Source: Candidatus Omnitrophota bacterium (lineage in GTDB: Bacteria > Omnitrophota > Gorgyraeia > Zapsychrales > JAHFFX01). Taken from it: 64,000 nt of DNA. A program made the position numbers and the translations under genes. The notes beneath the pieces were generated by a model, which was not told where the DNA came from, did not search any database, and was given only the letters and a program-made list of their open reading frames with translations. Below are positions 56,029 to 64,000 of this stretch, one piece after another; the stretch's first letter is position 1; each line of letters starts with the position of its first letter. Where the stretch lies: assembly GCA_023247725.1 (NCBI GenBank), contig JAHFFW010000014.1, positions 783-64,782 of the forward strand, written 5' to 3'.

Positions 56029-56739
56029 ATGCCGAGATCATCTTCCTTTCTGCCTCGAGGTTTCACCTTAGTTGAGATGCTCGTCGTCATTTCTATCCTG
56101 GCCATGGCGGGTCTAAGTATTTCCACCACGTTTGCCGCCGGAATGAAACTCCATCGCCGCAGCCAGCAGAGTCTCAAAATACAATTGGAGGCTGGCATCG
56201 CGCTGGAGCGGATGTCCATGGATCTGGAAAATATGGTGTTTTATGATTTTTCCGGATCTTATCCGCAATTGCAGGCGTGTTCTACCGACGGATCTTCGAT
56301 CATTTTTTTGCAGGCCACGGGTAAAGGCTTAAAGGCCATCCGCTATTTCTTAGAGCCGCGCAACCAGGTGCAGCAAACGGGGACAACGATGGGAAAGCAA
56401 ACTTCAAAAAATGTGAAGGTGGTTAATTTCTTTTCTAAAGGAAACCCATCATGGGATTTGATTCGACAGGAGAGTGACTTTGTCAGTTTCCTTGAAAAAG
56501 GGTTTACCTCGGCTGGGGCTGAGGTCTTAAGCGAAGATCTGCCAGAGAATGGTTTGACATTCAAATTTGCCGAACTGCAAGGAGACGGCCAGATTTCCTG
56601 GCTGGCAGAGTGGAACAAAAGCAGTCTGCCATTGGGAGTGAGGGTTGAGTTGATACTTGCGGATTCTTCGTCGGGAACCGTGCGTTTTAGCCGGGAGGTG
56701 CTGATTCCGGTCGGCGGGCTGGCGGAAAGAGGGCGTTGA
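56029..56739 (+). CDS. pseudopilin with prepilin-type N-terminus
   Basis: RGFTLVEMLVVISILAM prepilin motif. Confidence 0.6.
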   Translation: MPRSSSFLPRGFTLVEMLVVISILAMAGLSISTTFAAGMKLHRRSQQSLKIQLEAGIALERMSMDLENMVFYDFSGSYPQLQACSTDGSSIIFLQATGKGLKAIRYFLEPRNQVQQTGTTMGKQTSKNVKVVNFFSKGNPSWDLIRQESDFVSFLEKGFTSAGAEVLSEDLPENGLTFKFAELQGDGQISWLAEWNKSSLPLGVRVELILADSSSGTVRFSREVLIPVGGLAERGR

Positions 56740-56743
56740 TGGT

Positions 56744-56900
56744 TACGTGGGACGAAGGACGTTCGCTCGCCCCACCGACGGCGGGACTCGCTCGGACGAG
56801 GGACGTTAGAATCAATGACGCGCGACGATTCACGCTTCACAAAGGACGCTTCACGTCTTAGCACCTCGTATCTCGTGAAGCGCATCTCGTCTGACCGGTG
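56744..56900. repeat. second GGACG-motif array plus direct/inverted cgcttcacg repeats (intergenic, upstream of gspK-like)
   Basis: acgtgggacgaaggacgtt, cggacgagggacgtt, and cgcttcacg/cgtgaagcg. Confidence 0.55.
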
Positions 56901-56923
56901 ATCCGGCAATCGGGTAATTCGGA

Positions 56924-58003
56924 ATGCTTAAAGTTCAATCAAACAACTCAGCTTCCATCCTCCTCATCACGCTTTGGGTCCTCATGATCTTATCGATCCT
57001 GGCGATTTCTTTGGGACGAGGGGCCAATACCCAGTTGATGCTGGCCGAGAGGATGGTCAACAAAACCAAAGCCCGCTACTTGACCTGGGCGGGATTTCAC
57101 TATGCGCTCGTTCATATCGCGCGGGAAGAAAAGGACCATCCGGTTCCCGCCGATGATCTTTTCCGCTGCGGCGTTCAATTCAAGAAAACCGAGTCGCCGG
57201 AAGAGATTTTTGGAAATGTCAAAATTCCCGGCGGCCATTTCGATGTCGCTTACGACTGCGAAGAAAGCCATTCGCCGGACTCTTCCTCAGTAAAAAGCCG
57301 CTATGGTTTCAGGGATGAAGAACGAAAATTGAATCTCAATGCGCTCACCGTCACGAACGATTCGGTTTTTAAGGAACTCTTGGTCGTCCTCGGCGCCGAT
57401 GAAACAACCGCCGCCACGATCGCTGCCTCGAGCGTCGATTGGCACGATGAGGATGATCGCGTGAGCGCCGCCCCCTTTGGAGAAGAAGGGGTCTGGTACG
57501 AATCCCGTCGGCAACCGTATCAGTGCAAAAATCGGCCGTTCGATCAGGTGGATGAACTTTTGTTAGTGAAGGGAATGACCCTGGAGATTTTTGAAAAGAT
57601 TCAACCGTTCGTGACGGTCTTCCCTAAAAATGCCCCGCGGTTAACCATCAATTTTGCCACGGCCTTCCCCGAAGTTCTGATCGCCCTGGCCAACAGTATG
57701 GCCTTTGCCACCAACACGGATCGCAATGACGCACAAGGCCTGGTCAAAAAACTTTTGCATGATCGCGCCGGAGATGATGGCCAAGAGGCCACCTCCGATG
57801 ACCGCCAACCGGATTTCGATTTGGCAGGGTTTAATGAAAAGGAAAGGTCAATCTTTTTGGCCATGGCCCCGTATTCAACGAGGACCTCGAGATTTATCCG
57901 GATCTCGGTCCATAGCGGCCTCGAGGCGAGCGCGGTGCGTTCTTGCGTTGAAGCGGTGGTGGATCGCGAGTCCCTGAATGTCGTGGCCTGGAGAAGGCAG
58001 TGA
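56924..58003 (+). CDS. GspK-like minor pseudopilin
   Basis: N-terminus ASILLITLWVLMILSILAISL is typical of GspK. Large periplasmic domain. Confidence 0.6.
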   Translation: MLKVQSNNSASILLITLWVLMILSILAISLGRGANTQLMLAERMVNKTKARYLTWAGFHYALVHIAREEKDHPVPADDLFRCGVQFKKTESPEEIFGNVKIPGGHFDVAYDCEESHSPDSSSVKSRYGFRDEERKLNLNALTVTNDSVFKELLVVLGADETTAATIAASSVDWHDEDDRVSAAPFGEEGVWYESRRQPYQCKNRPFDQVDELLLVKGMTLEIFEKIQPFVTVFPKNAPRLTINFATAFPEVLIALANSMAFATNTDRNDAQGLVKKLLHDRAGDDGQEATSDDRQPDFDLAGFNEKERSIFLAMAPYSTRTSRFIRISVHSGLEASAVRSCVEAVVDRESLNVVAWRRQ

Positions 58004-59415
58004 TGAAGAAACATATTTTGATCAGTCTTGAATTGAATGACGTGGATCTGAAGATCGTCCAAGGGGTCGGCCATGGCACGGCCTGTGCCTTGAACCACGT
58101 GTCCGCTTTTTCCTGTTCCCAGGATGATGACACCGAAATCGCGCGCACCCTTCAACAAAGGATTCGCGCCAGCGGCGGGAATTCCCGCGAGGTGGTGGCC
58201 TGCATCCCAAGACGATTTTTTATTCTCAAACAAATGGTTTTGCCTGGTGTGATGGAAGGCGAATTGCGGCGGATGATTGGTTTACAAATTTTGGGGCAGT
58301 TGCCATATCAAGCAGAAGAGGTCGTGTGGGATTTCACGATCTTGGAAAAATTGCCGTCGGGATACACCCGAATCTTGGTCATGGTCATCGCCACGCCGGT
58401 CCTGGAGCGTTATACAAAGATACTTTCATCGGCCGGAATTCGTCCGCAAACATTGACCATGAGTTCTTTCGGACTCTGGGGCTGGCACCGGCTGCAGGAG
58501 TCGGGCGCCGCAAAGCCAGATTCCGGCGTCCAGCTTTTGATCAGTGTCGATGCCGCCCGCACCGAATTCTGTTTTTGTGATCTGGAACATTTTTATTTTT
58601 CCCGCAGCGTGAAGGGGGGGTTTGGAAAGTTTGACCGCCAGGCGTTCACCCAAACCCTCAAGGAAACCTTGGAAATTTACACCAGGGAAAAACTGGGCCC
58701 GGATCCGGCTCGCGGGAAATTGATTTCTCCTTCCTTAATCTTGAAGGAGATGGTACAAGAATTCTGTGCTTACCTTCAACTTTTTTTGACCTGGCATGAT
58801 CCCTTGAAGGACCTGCCGGAAAAGTTCAATCAGTTGTCGGCCGAATCGGTTCCCGCCGAAACCTCGTTTGCCGTCGGAATCGGTCTTTTGGGAATAGGGC
58901 AAGAACAGATGGGAAATTTTTTGCCTCCGCTTTCTAAGGGTTTTGGACTTCGATCATTCTTCAAAAATTTCTTTCTTCTTATGCTTGTTTATTTGTCGTT
59001 CGTCATGGCCCTGGGGGTGGGGCCTTACCGATTGAAAAGACAATGGGCCTCGCTGCAACAGGAGATGGATGGGCTGCAGCCGTCGCTCAAGGCGATTGAG
59101 GATGAAGAAGTCCTTTGGCGAGTCCTGCAGGAAGAACAAAACGAGGAAAAACCGGTGATCGAATTGATCGATGAATTATATCGCCTGACGCCCCCAGACA
59201 TCATTTACAGCAGTCTGCATATGGATCCGCAAGGGGAGGTGATTCTTCAGGGGATTTCCAAAACCAGCACAGAAGTTAATCAATTCCAAAGCAACCTCGT
59301 AGGCTCGTCCTTGTTAATGAATATTTCTTTACAACAAGCAAGCAAACAGATGAGCCCATTGGGTGAAGTAACGCATTTTTCGTTCTCCGGTCATTTGATC
59401 TCCCAAACGCCATGA
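58000..59415 (+). CDS. GspL-like protein (cytoplasmic PilM/actin-like domain + TM + periplasmic PilN-like domain)
   Basis: Architecture only: a cytoplasmic domain, a single TM helix (FLLMLVYLSFVMALGVG) and a periplasmic tail. Confidence 0.5.
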   Translation: MMKKHILISLELNDVDLKIVQGVGHGTACALNHVSAFSCSQDDDTEIARTLQQRIRASGGNSREVVACIPRRFFILKQMVLPGVMEGELRRMIGLQILGQLPYQAEEVVWDFTILEKLPSGYTRILVMVIATPVLERYTKILSSAGIRPQTLTMSSFGLWGWHRLQESGAAKPDSGVQLLISVDAARTEFCFCDLEHFYFSRSVKGGFGKFDRQAFTQTLKETLEIYTREKLGPDPARGKLISPSLILKEMVQEFCAYLQLFLTWHDPLKDLPEKFNQLSAESVPAETSFAVGIGLLGIGQEQMGNFLPPLSKGFGLRSFFKNFFLLMLVYLSFVMALGVGPYRLKRQWASLQQEMDGLQPSLKAIEDEEVLWRVLQEEQNEEKPVIELIDELYRLTPPDIIYSSLHMDPQGEVILQGISKTSTEVNQFQSNLVGSSLLMNISLQQASKQMSPLGEVTHFSFSGHLISQTP

Positions 59416-59966
59416 AAATTTCCGCCCCATCAGCGCTTTTGAATCGTCGAGAAAAAACTATTGCCTGGATTTGTGCATTGGTCGTTGGAATCACTGCTCA
59501 TTGGCAATGGGTGGATGAACCTCTGCGAGGTCAGGCGAAAAAACTCCAGGATTTGATTGAGGGTGGCGTCCGCATTCAGAAAAGGGATTTACTCCGTATC
59601 GAAGCGGCGAAGGCCTTACGCCCCCGGTACGAGCAAGAACTGCAGCCCTTGCGCCAGCAGACTTCCGACGAGGAAGAAATGTCTACTTTGCTCACGCAAG
59701 TCGAAGGCCTGACCAACGAATTGAATCTCAAGATCACGGAAATGAAGCCGCAGAAAGTTCATCAATTCCCCGCGCACAAAATTTTTTCGATCAATCTGGC
59801 CCTAGATGGAACGCTCGTGGACATCGTGCATTTTTTGCATAAAATAAAAGAAGATCACTACCGGTTGAGGGTCGAAGAATTTCTTTTGGAATCAAAATTG
59901 CCGGCCCAGCCCAATCTCACGTGTCGGATCCAGCTTTCCCGCCTCTTGATTAAACCTGATCCGTAG
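59412..59966 (+). CDS. GspM/PilO-like bitopic protein
   Basis: N-terminal TM helix and a coiled-coil periplasmic domain. Last gene of the operon. Confidence 0.45.
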   Translation: MKISAPSALLNRREKTIAWICALVVGITAHWQWVDEPLRGQAKKLQDLIEGGVRIQKRDLLRIEAAKALRPRYEQELQPLRQQTSDEEEMSTLLTQVEGLTNELNLKITEMKPQKVHQFPAHKIFSINLALDGTLVDIVHFLHKIKEDHYRLRVEEFLLESKLPAQPNLTCRIQLSRLLIKPDP

Positions 59967-59977
59967 TCATTTAAAAA

Positions 59978-60105
59978 ATGGAACCCCACGGGCATGCCCG
60001 TGGTACCTTCTTCTTACCCTTGGGGGATTTGCTCGCGTGATTTCTTATGATTGGGTTCCATCCCGAGCGAAGGAACCCGGCCATGGCCGAGGTACGAGTC
60101 GAGGG
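59978..60105 (-). repeat. structured palindromic repeat family A, copy 3 (inverted, 128 nt, lacks the cctgccggcgaggcagg hairpin)
   Basis: Its reverse complement aligns with copies 1 and 2 and retains the ccggccatggccgg and ccacgggcatgcccgtgg palindromes. Confidence 0.75.
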
Positions 60106-60239
60106 GTAGTTTCAGCGCAAAATTTTTTGGAATTCCAGAATTCCTGTTGACAACTATCAGGCTAAGAGGTTAAATAAGTCACCTTTTAACTCGACGGTAA
60201 CCTCCATAACCTGGGCAACCTTGATAACCTATTCCACCC

Positions 60240-60968
60240 ATGCCCACCCTCAATCGTTTCAATCTGATCGACGCCCATTTTCAAAAATCGAATCTGTTTA
60301 ATCATCTGCCCATCTTTGATGAAATCTATTTCCTCGGCTATCCGGAAGGAAAAATCCAGCGTTATCAAGCGAGACGCGAAGGCCAAGAATGTTTTTTGCT
60401 GACTCTCTCGATCATTCGTGAGGAGGAGGCCATTATTTGGGAAGCGGCCCAGGATCTCCTGGAGCGCTGCGTTTGGGAGGCGACGCGGCGAGTCCAGGGC
60501 GTGTTCACCTTTGAGCTATTGACCTTTGATATCCATCATGAAATCCAAACGTTTAACTACACCGAATTTGGAACGCTCCTGGTCAATAGCTCTCTTAAGA
60601 CCAAACCCGGCGAGCAGAGACTCGTCAAATATTCCTCGGCGTATGGAATTTTGCAGAAACTTGTGGTGGAACGCTGGGGTAAAATCACCTTTAAAACCTC
60701 CGTTGAGGTTTATAAAGACAAACCCGCTTTTTTATTTACGCTGGTGAAAAGACTTTTCAAGCTGGCAGAATTTCCCCATCACCCCTTGATTCTGGTCATC
60801 AATGATCTGAGCCATCAGCCGTTATTTGATGCTGGAGATAAAGAGCAACAGCAATTTTTTTCGCAAGTGATCGAGGAACGGATTAAGGATTCGATTGAAT
60901 TTCTCCCCGAGGTTTATATCAAAGATGTGAAGGGCGCAAGGGAGCTAATGTCGCGAACGGTTCTGTAG
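60240..60968 (+). CDS. hypothetical protein (242 aa)
   Basis: Clean ORF with no recognized motif. Confidence 0.45.
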   Translation: MPTLNRFNLIDAHFQKSNLFNHLPIFDEIYFLGYPEGKIQRYQARREGQECFLLTLSIIREEEAIIWEAAQDLLERCVWEATRRVQGVFTFELLTFDIHHEIQTFNYTEFGTLLVNSSLKTKPGEQRLVKYSSAYGILQKLVVERWGKITFKTSVEVYKDKPAFLFTLVKRLFKLAEFPHHPLILVINDLSHQPLFDAGDKEQQQFFSQVIEERIKDSIEFLPEVYIKDVKGARELMSRTVL

Positions 60969-61050
60969 TACAGGAGCACACATCCCGCCTAAAATGCTTA
61001 TTGTTTATACACCATAAGTGTGTATACTTTATACAGGAGGTGATCTTCTG

Positions 61051-61272
61051 ATGGTTCGATTAAATATAACGATGCCGGATGAATTGGCCAAAGAATTGGA
61101 GAAAATCCCTAACAAAAGTCGATTCATTGCACAAGCCTTAAGTGAGAAATTCAAGCGTGAAAAAAAAGAAAAATTAGAATCCTTGATGATTGAGGGCTAT
61201 CAAAAGACCCGACAAGAGGATCAAGAATTAAAGAAAGACTGGGATAAAGCCACCTTGAAGGATTGGAAATAG
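61051..61272 (+). CDS. ribbon-helix-helix (CopG/MazE-like) antitoxin
   Basis: RBS aggagg. N-terminal beta-strand RLNITMPDEL followed by helices. Directly upstream of the MazF-type toxin. Confidence 0.55.
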   Translation: MVRLNITMPDELAKELEKIPNKSRFIAQALSEKFKREKKEKLESLMIEGYQKTRQEDQELKKDWDKATLKDWK

Positions 61273-61274
61273 CG

Positions 61275-61619
61275 ATGGATAAGCCACAAAGAGGGGAGAT
61301 TTGGCTTGTCAATTTGGATCCCACTACTGGAGCCGAAATCAAAAAAACCCGGCCTGCGGTGGTGATTTCCAATGATTTGAATAACCGATATGCGGATACA
61401 ATCACCGTCCTTCCTATCAGTGATAAAGGTGAAAAGGTTTATCCCTTTGAAGTTTATTTGCGCGCCGGCTCCTTTGGGCTAAGCAAGGAATCGAAAGTCA
61501 AGTGTCAGCAGGTGAGAACAATTGATAAAAGTCGCCTGATAAAGTCCTACGGTAGCATTGGTCGCCAGGAGCTTCAGCAAGTTGAACAGGCCTTGTTGCT
61601 CCATTTAGGGATAGAATAA
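61275..61619 (+). CDS. mazF: MazF/PemK-family endoribonuclease toxin
   Basis: GEIWLVNLDPTTGAEIKKTRPAVVIS...TITVLPISDK is the canonical PemK/MazF signature. Confidence 0.85.
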   Translation: MDKPQRGEIWLVNLDPTTGAEIKKTRPAVVISNDLNNRYADTITVLPISDKGEKVYPFEVYLRAGSFGLSKESKVKCQQVRTIDKSRLIKSYGSIGRQELQQVEQALLLHLGIE

Positions 61620-61642
61620 TGGCAAAATGAGGGTGCATTGAT

Positions 61643-62812
61643 ATGATCCGTCAGCCCTTGGCGTTGATCGCCATCCTGATCGGTATGGAAGCCGGGATCC
61701 TTTTCCTGGCTGATCATCCTCGATCCAAAAAATATTTTCGTTTCCTTCCGGCGGTTTTCTGGATTTATTTTCTGCCGATGCTGGCGTCGACCGCCGGCCT
61801 CATCGATGCCAAAAGCCCGCTTTACCAAAAAATCACCGAACACGTTCTGCCGGCGAGTTTATTCTTACTGCTGATTCCCGTCGATTTAAAAGCCATCCTC
61901 CGGCTGGGCGCCCCGGCACTCATCATGTTTCTCGCCGGAAGTGCGGGCATTGTTTTGGGGGCGCCGATCGTTTTCGTCATCGTTAAAAATTTTATTGGCG
62001 GGCAGTTCTGGACGGGATTTGGGGCTCTTTGCGCCTCGTGGACCGGAGGTAGCGCCAATATGGTGGCGGTCAAGGAAGCCCTGGGCACGCCGGATGAAGT
62101 TTTTTTGCCGATGGTCGTCGTCGATACGGTCGTGCCTTACTTATGGATGGGAGGGCTTATTGCGTTGGCGGCGTGGCAGCCAGTTTTTGATCGCCTCAAT
62201 CGTTCGGACCGGCGTGTCCTCGATAGTTTAGCCAGCCGGATTTCCCCGTCGGTCAAACGCAAAACCGCAGGAAGCTTAAAGACCGTGATCGGATTAATAT
62301 TGGCAGCTTCTTTGGCCGGTTGGGTCAGCCGAAGTTTGGCGGCGGTGTTACCGGTCATCCCGCAGGTCATTTCGACGTACGCCTGGTCGATCATTGTCGT
62401 CACATTTTTGGGACTGCTTTTTTCTTTGACGAACATCCGCGGGCAAGAACGGCAGGCGGCCACGCCCATCGGATATGCGCTGTTGTATTTTGTTTTAACC
62501 TCGATCGGAGCGAAGGCCAGTCTAAGTCAATCGGGATCGACGGTGATTTTAATCCTGGCGGGGTTTGGAATCGTCTTTATCCATACCATTTTTTTATTGG
62601 TGACGGCGCGGCTGATCAAGGCGCCCATGTTTTTGGTCGCAACGGCGAGCCAGGCCAATGTCGGCGGTGTGGCCTCAGCGCCGGTTGTTGCCGAGATTTA
62701 TCAGCCCGGGCTGGCGCCGGTGGGTTTACTGCTGGCAATTTTGGGGAATATGATTGGGACGTATTTAGGAATCCTTGCTGGACAGCTGTGCCGTCTCGTG
62801 GGTGGAGTTTAG
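61643..62812 (+). CDS. polytopic integral membrane protein (DUF819-like)
   Basis: About 11 TM helices. The DUF819 assignment is from memory and remains tentative. Confidence 0.5.
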   Translation: MIRQPLALIAILIGMEAGILFLADHPRSKKYFRFLPAVFWIYFLPMLASTAGLIDAKSPLYQKITEHVLPASLFLLLIPVDLKAILRLGAPALIMFLAGSAGIVLGAPIVFVIVKNFIGGQFWTGFGALCASWTGGSANMVAVKEALGTPDEVFLPMVVVDTVVPYLWMGGLIALAAWQPVFDRLNRSDRRVLDSLASRISPSVKRKTAGSLKTVIGLILAASLAGWVSRSLAAVLPVIPQVISTYAWSIIVVTFLGLLFSLTNIRGQERQAATPIGYALLYFVLTSIGAKASLSQSGSTVILILAGFGIVFIHTIFLLVTARLIKAPMFLVATASQANVGGVASAPVVAEIYQPGLAPVGLLLAILGNMIGTYLGILAGQLCRLVGGV

Positions 62813-62828
62813 AAAACTGGAAGTTGCT

Positions 62829-62888
62829 GCGGGGGCTTTTCGCCCCGCCGAGAAAATTTGCCGGGGCGAAAAGCCCCCGCGTTTTTTA
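62829..62888 (+). terminator. rho-independent terminator (19-bp stem gcgggggcttttcgccccg/cggggcgaaaagcccccgc + T6)
   Basis: Perfect long hairpin followed by gtttttt, read directly. Confidence 0.75.
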
Positions 62889-62969
62889 GAATTTATAATC
62901 TTCCTCTAATTATTTTCTAATCCCCGTCAGCCATAATTATAAAAGGATCCAATTCATGAGGAGGATTTC

Positions 62970-64000
62970 ATGCCGCCTTTGTTGCGACCTGATCATGCCG
63001 CAATGCTCGTGCTGCCGCCGCGACAGGGAACATTGGCCGCCACCTGCGACGTGTTAGTGGTCGGAGGAGGACCGGCAGGGCTTGGTGCAGCCATCGGAGC
63101 CGCTCAGGCAGAGGCCAGGACTGTTTTAGTGGAACGTTACGGATTTCTCGGCGGCAATGCCACCGCTAGTCTAGTCATGCCATTGATGTCCTTTCACACC
63201 CAACATACCCATCGCGAAATCAAGGGAGATACCTCTTTGGTGCCGACGGATCATGGTCCGGGAGATCCAGTTCTCGCCGGAGTTCTCGCTGTTTTCCTTA
63301 AGCGATTGGTCGAAGCCGGAGGTGCCATTGCGCCCACCTTGCAAACCGGCTACGTGGTTCCTTTCGATCCGGAGATTTTTAAATTGACGGCGTTGGAGAT
63401 GCTGGATGAAGCGGGGGTCGAATATCTTTTCCACGCCTTTGCCAGCGGAGTCATCAAGGACGCAGATGCCGTTACGTCCGTCATCTTTGAAACCAAGTCC
63501 GGCCCCGTCGTAATTCGGGCCAAGGTCACGATCGATGCGACCGGAGACGGCGATATTGCCTTTGGTGCGGGGGCTCCCTATGAACTGGGCCGCGCCGAGG
63601 ACGGATTGGTTCAGCCCATGACCCTCATGTTTCGCATGGGTGATTTTGAAAAGGAACGGTTTGATCACTTTATCAAAGAGCATCCGGATCAATGGAGGGG
63701 CGTTCATGGGCTTTGGAAACTGATCCAGGAGGCGATCCAATCCGGCGAATTGAAGTTGGAACGCGATGACCTGCTTTTTTTTGCCACGCCTCATCCCGAT
63801 GAGGTCAGTGTCAACTCGACCAGAGTCAAAAAAGTTTCCGGCATCGATGTCTGGGATTTAAGTTATGCCGAATGGGAAAGCCGCCGCCAAATGAAACAAA
63901 TTGTCCGTTTTTTGCGCCGGCATGTCCCCGGATTTGAAAAAGCCTATAACCTTCAGAGCGGTTCTACGATTGGGGTCCGCGAGACTCGCCGCATCATGGG
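62970..64000 (+). CDS. FAD-dependent oxidoreductase, 3'-partial (runs off window)
   Basis: RBS aggagg. Dinucleotide-binding motif VLVVGGGPAGLGAAIGAA. Frame open to base 64000. Confidence 0.65.
   Translation, partial: MPPLLRPDHAAMLVLPPRQGTLAATCDVLVVGGGPAGLGAAIGAAQAEARTVLVERYGFLGGNATASLVMPLMSFHTQHTHREIKGDTSLVPTDHGPGDPVLAGVLAVFLKRLVEAGGAIAPTLQTGYVVPFDPEIFKLTALEMLDEAGVEYLFHAFASGVIKDADAVTSVIFETKSGPVVIRAKVTIDATGDGDIAFGAGAPYELGRAEDGLVQPMTLMFRMGDFEKERFDHFIKEHPDQWRGVHGLWKLIQEAIQSGELKLERDDLLFFATPHPDEVSVNSTRVKKVSGIDVWDLSYAEWESRRQMKQIVRFLRRHVPGFEKAYNLQSGSTIGVRETRRIM

Overview
64-kb window of moderate GC content (my estimate is about 50-55%). 60 of the roughly 61 genes I call lie on the + strand. Reading left to right, the window contains: (1) a surface-glycan/aminosugar cluster at 1-11410 with an Arn-like logic: N-acetyl sugar amidotransferase, CBS-domain nucleotidyltransferase, DegT aminotransferase, GT2 polyprenyl-phosphate glycosyltransferase, a GT-C membrane transferase and three large uncharacterized proteins; (2) a complete MoxR-DUF58-BatA-BatE aerotolerance-type operon at 11550-20044; (3) a CheR-PAS-histidine kinase fusion; (4) an AT-rich three-gene cassette of unknown function at 23578-25244 that looks horizontally acquired; (5) two tandem paralogous polytopic-membrane/TPR proteins that share a 322-bp block of 100% nucleotide identity; (6) a hybrid sensor kinase with a tandem array of HAMP domains plus a single-domain receiver; (7) an intact IS200/IS605 element with terminal hairpins, and elsewhere a tnpA-less hairpin-pair derivative of it; (8) an OmpR-type response regulator and sensor kinase, followed by a stand-alone receiver; (9) an MFS transporter, the only minus-strand gene; (10) housekeeping and cell-wall genes: NlpC/P60 peptidase, RsgA, GNAT, DNA-3-methyladenine glycosylase I (tag) carrying an in-frame amber codon, and dipeptide epimerase; (11) HicB/HicA and RHH/MazF toxin-antitoxin pairs; (12) a complete type II secretion-like operon (GspC/D/E/F, pseudopilins, K, L, M). 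Several gene remnants are present (Hsp20 fragment, GT2 C-terminal fragment, truncated MscS). At least four previously undescribed-looking repeat families stand out: a ~150-nt highly palindromic element in three copies, one inserted in frame into a CDS; a ~125-nt repeat shared between a kinase CDS and an intergenic hairpin; GGACGT heptad arrays in T2SS intergenic regions; and GCTGCTAAGCTC dyad units abutting two start codons. No rRNA, tRNA or CRISPR array was found. All domain assignments come from reading motifs by eye in the translations. No database search was run.
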